Source: a virus (taxonomy: Duplodnaviria; Caudoviricetes). Taken from it: a stretch of 64,000 nucleotides of DNA. The notes under the pieces were generated by a model. The model saw only the letters and a program-made list of their open reading frames with translations, had not been told where the DNA came from and searched no databases. Both the position numbers and the translations under genes were made by a program. Shown here piece by piece: positions 59,464 through 64,000 of this stretch (position 1 is its first letter; every line of letters begins with the position of its first letter). The stretch spans positions 1 through 64,000 of the IMG/VR virus record IMGVR_UViG_3300028797_000104; one strand, 5' to 3'.

Positions 59464-59752
59464 AGAAATAATTAAAATATTGAAGTAGTGTAGAATAGCA
59501 ACTATTCCAGAAAATATAGAAGATGCATTAAAAATTATTATATCTAAAACTGAGTAGATAGAAATAGGTAGTTGCTATTCTATTTTAATAAATCATGATA
59601 GATTATTTGATTTCGATATAGATTTCAATTATAATATAAATAAGTTAGATGTAGAAATATTAGATATAAATGATAAATTTATTAAAGTCTTTTCTCCAGT
59701 ATGGGAAGGATGGCTTCCAAAGGCTTGTATTTAGATAACTAAAAAATTATGA
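59456..59752 (+). CDS. Hypothetical protein
   Basis: GTG start overlapping the upstream stop; open with TAG=Q. Confidence 0.55.
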
Positions 59753-59759
59753 GGTAAAT

Positions 59760-60776
59760 ATGATTAGTTTAAGCGTTAAATATAGACCTACAAAATTTAA
59801 TGATGTAAGTAGTCAAACATCAATTATTAGAATATTATCAAGACAAATTGATACAAATACATTTAAAAATGCATATTTATTCTGTGGTAGTAGTGGTTGT
59901 GGTAAAACAACTATTGCTAGAATCTTTGCAAATGAAATAAATAAACATCAAGGTAATCCAATAGAGATTGATGCGGCTAGTAATAATGGAGTAGATAATG
60001 TAAAACAAATTATTAAATCTGCATCGGAAAGAAGTTTAGATAGTGAGTATAAAATCTATATAATTGATGAATGTCATGCATTAACTAGTCAAGCATGGCA
60101 AGCATTTTTAAAATGTATTGAAGAACCTCCGAGATATACAATTTTTATTTTCTGTACGACTGAAAAGAATAAGGTTCCGGATACAATCAAAAATAGATGT
60201 CAAGTATTTAATTTTAATAGAATTCCATCTGAGTTAATAAGATTGCGTCTTGAATATATTTGTAAGAATGAAGGTTTTATAAATTATTTTGATGCTTGCG
60301 ATTATATTAGTAGAATTTGTAAAAATCAAATGAGAGATGGAATTGCATTTCTCGAACAATGTGCAGCATATGATAATGATTTAAACCTTGAAAATGTTTT
60401 GAAAGTTCTTGGTTCTTATTCTTATTCAGTATATTTTAAATTGATTAATAGTTTAATTGATGGTAATCTTGATTCTATTATAACAATTATAAATAATATC
60501 TATAATGATGGAAATGATTTGAAATTATTTGTAGATCAATTTTTATCTTTTATTCTTGATATATCAAAATATATTATTTGTAATAGTTTGACAGTAACAA
60601 AATTTCCAAATAATCAACTAGAAGAAATTAAGAAAGCTACTAACTTTGAGAATCCTTTGCAATATTATCAGTATATTATGAATAAGTTAATGACTTTAAA
60701 AAATGATATCAAGAATGATACAGACATTAAATCTACTGTAGATGTATATTTTATTTAGATGGGGAGTTATCAATGA
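59760..60776 (+). CDS. dnaX: Clamp loader subunit gamma/tau
   Basis: KYRP, GSSGCGKTT, EIDAASNNGV, IIDECH and LKCIEEPP. Confidence 0.93.
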
Positions 60777-61546
60777 TTAGAGGGCAAGAGAGATTATGTA
60801 CTGAGATTACTAGATTCTCTTTGAGCGATTTTCCACATTCTGTTTTACTAGTAGGACCAAGTGGTTCAGGAAAAGATTTAATTATTAGGTTTATAGCAGA
60901 ACACCTAGAATTAAATGTTCAGATTCTTGATGATGTATCATTTGAATCTTTAACTGAAATATATCTAAGGGTAGAACCTATTATTTATGTATTAGATAAT
61001 ATGAATATAAAGACTCAAAATCAAATTTTGAAGTTTTTGGAGGAACCACCAAGAAATTCTTTTATCATTATAACTGCAAGAAAATTAGGTCAATATTTAG
61101 CTACAATAGAAAATAGATGTAGGATATGGCAATTAGATGTTTATTCAAAAGAAGTTTTAGAATCATTTAATACATTAAATAATAAATTAATTATCGATAT
61201 ATCTAAAACTCCAGGTGATGTAATAAATTTTTGCAATTCGGATTTTGATAAATTATTAGATCTTTGTAATAAAATAATTGAAAAAATTTCAGTCGCATCT
61301 TATGGTAATTTATTTAATATAATTGATACAGTTAAAGAATTGAATATTGATATCTCTTTAGTGGTAAGAGTATTGAAATATCTAATTGTAGAGAAAATTA
61401 AAATGAATCCAGCAGATAAAATATGGTATGATATTTATATGAAAACATCTTTATTATTAGCTAATCTTGAAATAAGTCATATTGATAAGACACAATTATT
61501 CGAGAATTATTTAATAAGATTGAAGGAATATTATGCAAATAGATGA
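60773..61546 (+). CDS. holB: Clamp loader subunit delta-prime
   Basis: GPSGSGK, NQILKFLEEPP and TIENRC. Confidence 0.82.
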   Translation: MIRGQERLCTEITRFSLSDFPHSVLLVGPSGSGKDLIIRFIAEHLELNVQILDDVSFESLTEIYLRVEPIIYVLDNMNIKTQNQILKFLEEPPRNSFIIITARKLGQYLATIENRCRIWQLDVYSKEVLESFNTLNNKLIIDISKTPGDVINFCNSDFDKLLDLCNKIIEKISVASYGNLFNIIDTVKELNIDISLVVRVLKYLIVEKIKMNPADKIWYDIYMKTSLLLANLEISHIDKTQLFENYLIRLKEYYANR

Positions 61547-62441
61547 AGTTAAATACATAATTGAAAATAAAAAATATTCTGGTCAATTATTAATTTTTCA
61601 GTATTCTGATACAAAATTTATCGTTAGACAGTATATAGAGAAATTAGTTCTTGATTTTTCTTTTGATTTGATTTATAAAGATGAAATAGATAATAGTATT
61701 ATGACTGGTCCATCTTTATTTGGAGATATTGAGAGTAATGAATTAAGAGTATTTGATGTTGATGAATTTAATTATAATCAAAATATTTCAAAAGAAAAGA
61801 ATTTGATTGTTCTTTGTAAAAAGATAAATGATTCTATTAAGTCAATATATTCTGATAATATTATTATTGTTCCAAAATTAGAAGATTGGTAGATAAAAGA
61901 TTTTGTATATTCTGTTGGTGATGGCATTCCAGAATCTGATCTTGATATGTTGATTAATCTTTGTAATAATGATATTTATAGGTTAAATCAAGAATTAGAT
62001 AAAATGTTAATTTTTCCAAATAGTTTAAAACAGAATATCTTTAAAGAGTTTTATAAAGATGGAATATTTAATGATTTAGTTGATTCAACTATTTTTGATT
62101 TTTGTAGCAGTATTATAAAGAAGGACATATCAAAACTAACTTATATTTATTCTCAATTAGATAGAATGGATATAAGTCCATTAGGTTTTGTAAGTATTCT
62201 TTATTAGAATGTAAAAGATATTATTAAAATACAGTTAGGAGTAAAATCAACTCCCGAAAGTACAGGAATTGCAAAAAATAAGTTTTATGCAATCAAGTAT
62301 AATAATTTAAATAAATTTAATACGAAGCAATTAATTCAAATATTTGAATTATTAACAGATATAGATAAGAAAGTTAAATTAGGACAATTAGATGTTGATG
62401 ATATTATTGATTATGTAATTGTTTCTATATTTGCTTTTTGA
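61533..62441 (+). CDS. holA: Clamp loader subunit delta
   Basis: PSLFG, LNQELDK, TIFDF and DIDKKVKLG. Confidence 0.75.
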
Positions 62442-62450
62442 GGTGTATAA

Positions 62451-63476
62451 ATGAAAATTGGAATTGTTGGAGATATTCATTACTGTATGAATTCTTCTTT
62501 AATTAGATTACGTGGTGAAAAATATTCGTTGCGTATTGAAAATTGTATAAAATCCATAAATTGGGCCGAATAGTATTTTAAAGAACGTGGTGTGGATTTC
62601 GAGGTATATTTAGGAGATTTTTTTGATTAGCCAAAGATAGTAGCAGAAGAAATAACTGCGTTAAATGATATAAAATTCAATACTATATAGAAGTATTTTC
62701 TGGTAGGAAATCACGAGATGGCTAGATCAGATTTATTGGTTAGTTCTGCTCATGTATTTGAAGGTTGGAATAATATGGTTGTTATTGATAAACCTTCATA
62801 TACTGCAAGTTCCGAAAAATACGATATAGTATATCTTCCTTATATCTTATAGAGTGATAGAAAACCATTAATTGAATATCTAGGAAATTCTTCCAAAGGA
62901 AAAATTGTATTTAGTCATAATGATATTGCCGGAATGAATCTTGGTCATTTTACTTCTAAAGATGGATTTAGTATAGATGAGATAAATGATGATTGTGTAT
63001 TATTTATTAATGGACATTTGCATAATGCTTCGTGGGTAGGAAGAAAATATAAAATTTATAATGCTGGAAATTTAACTGGATAGAATTTTAGTGAAGATGC
63101 GTTTGAATATGGACATAATATATATATTCTTGATACAGAAACATTAAAGATGGAATATGCATCTAATCCATACGCATTTAATTTTTATAAGATAAATGAT
63201 CTTAATCTATTATCAAGATTGAAAGATAATGCAGTATTAACCGTAAAATGCAAGGATACGGAATACGATACTTGGAAAAAAGCATTAGAAGAATATAAAA
63301 ATAGGATAGTTACATATAGAATAATTGTAGAACATTCAAAGGTTTCAGATAAAGCAATGAAGGATAATGTAAAACAGTTATCATTAGATCATCTATCTGA
63401 ATTTAAAAAATATATCTTAGAATAGTTAGGAACAAATGATATCGTTACTACTGAATTAGAGGAATTATGTAAATGA
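62451..63476 (+). CDS. SbcD/Mre11-like nuclease (gp47-like)
   Basis: GDIH, LGDFFD, VGNHE, SHND and NGHLH. Confidence 0.88.
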
Positions 63477-64000
63477 ATATAAATTTTCATAAAATTACAC
63501 TTAAGAATTTTTTAAGTTTTAAAAATGCTGAATTAAGATTAGATATTCCTGGATATATTACAGTCAAAGGGTATAATAATAATCAATCTGATTTATCATC
63601 AAGTAATGGATCAGGAAAAAGCGCATTATTTGATAGTATATTTTGGGTATTAACAGGAGAAACAATTCGTGGTGGTAAGGATGTGGTAAATAAGTTTTCA
63701 AAAGGTGGAACAGCAGTAACAATTGAATTTAGTAAAGACAATGATGAATATATAATTTTAAGGACAAAAGATGATGAAGTATATAAATCAACGCTTAAGA
63801 TATATAAAAACAATAAAGATATATCCGGTAAAGGTCTAAGAGATTCTGAAAAAATTCTGCAAGAAGAATTACCGGATTTGACTAGTACTTTATTAACTTC
63901 AGTTATTATATTTGGACAAGGATTACCACAAAGATTTTCAAATAATACTCCATCAGGCAGAAAAGAAATTTTAGAGCAATTAGCAAAAGCCGATTTTATG
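63473..64000 (+). CDS. SbcC/Rad50-like ATPase (gp46-like), 3'-partial
   Basis: LKNFLSF, SNGSGKS and IFGQG; runs off the end of the window. Confidence 0.88.
   Translation, partial: MNINFHKITLKNFLSFKNAELRLDIPGYITVKGYNNNQSDLSSSNGSGKSALFDSIFWVLTGETIRGGKDVVNKFSKGGTAVTIEFSKDNDEYIILRTKDDEVYKSTLKIYKNNKDISGKGLRDSEKILQEELPDLTSTLLTSVIIFGQGLPQRFSNNTPSGRKEILEQLAKADFM

Noticed and set aside
7946-63476. Mass pseudogenisation suggested by the many short track ORFs
   Set aside because: Almost all breaks are in-frame TAGs with motifs intact on both sides, so recoding explains them.
1-64000. tRNA genes, including an amber suppressor
   Set aside because: No cloverleaf was recognised by eye. The GTTCGAA/GTTCAA hits lie in intron cores or coding regions. 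A tRNA scan is still needed.

Overview
A 64-kb, very AT-rich segment of a large myovirus-like (T4-type head, contractile tail) phage genome, with all supported genes on the + strand. TAG is read as Gln (genetic code 15): the supplied ORF track is fragmented, but reading through TAG gives a dense gene map with TAG at conserved Gln positions. From left to right: (1) the 3' part of a gp23-type major capsid gene split by six group I introns, two of which encode homing endonucleases, each preceded by the same covarying RNA motif; (2) head-associated proteins, including a MoxR AAA ATPase and a three-way split DUF2201-type peptidase/linker/vWA module; (3) neck, sheath, tube, tail chaperone (probable frameshift), tape measure and baseplate genes; (4) replication genes (SNF2, initiator, DnaC, DnaB, DnaG, SSB) and a PolA broken by an intron, a Hint-like split and a 7-nt gap in motif A; (5) a 7-deazaguanine DNA-modification operon (yhhQ, queC, queD, queE, folE, DUF6884-like, queF-like, dpdA) led by a variant preQ1-I-like leader; (6) beta clamp, RecU, RecA, DnaX/HolB/HolA and SbcDC. 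The host is probably a Firmicute (inference from CHAP, RecU, BspA-type LRR and strong SD sites). All translations, alignments and RNA pairings were done by eye and no database searches were run.
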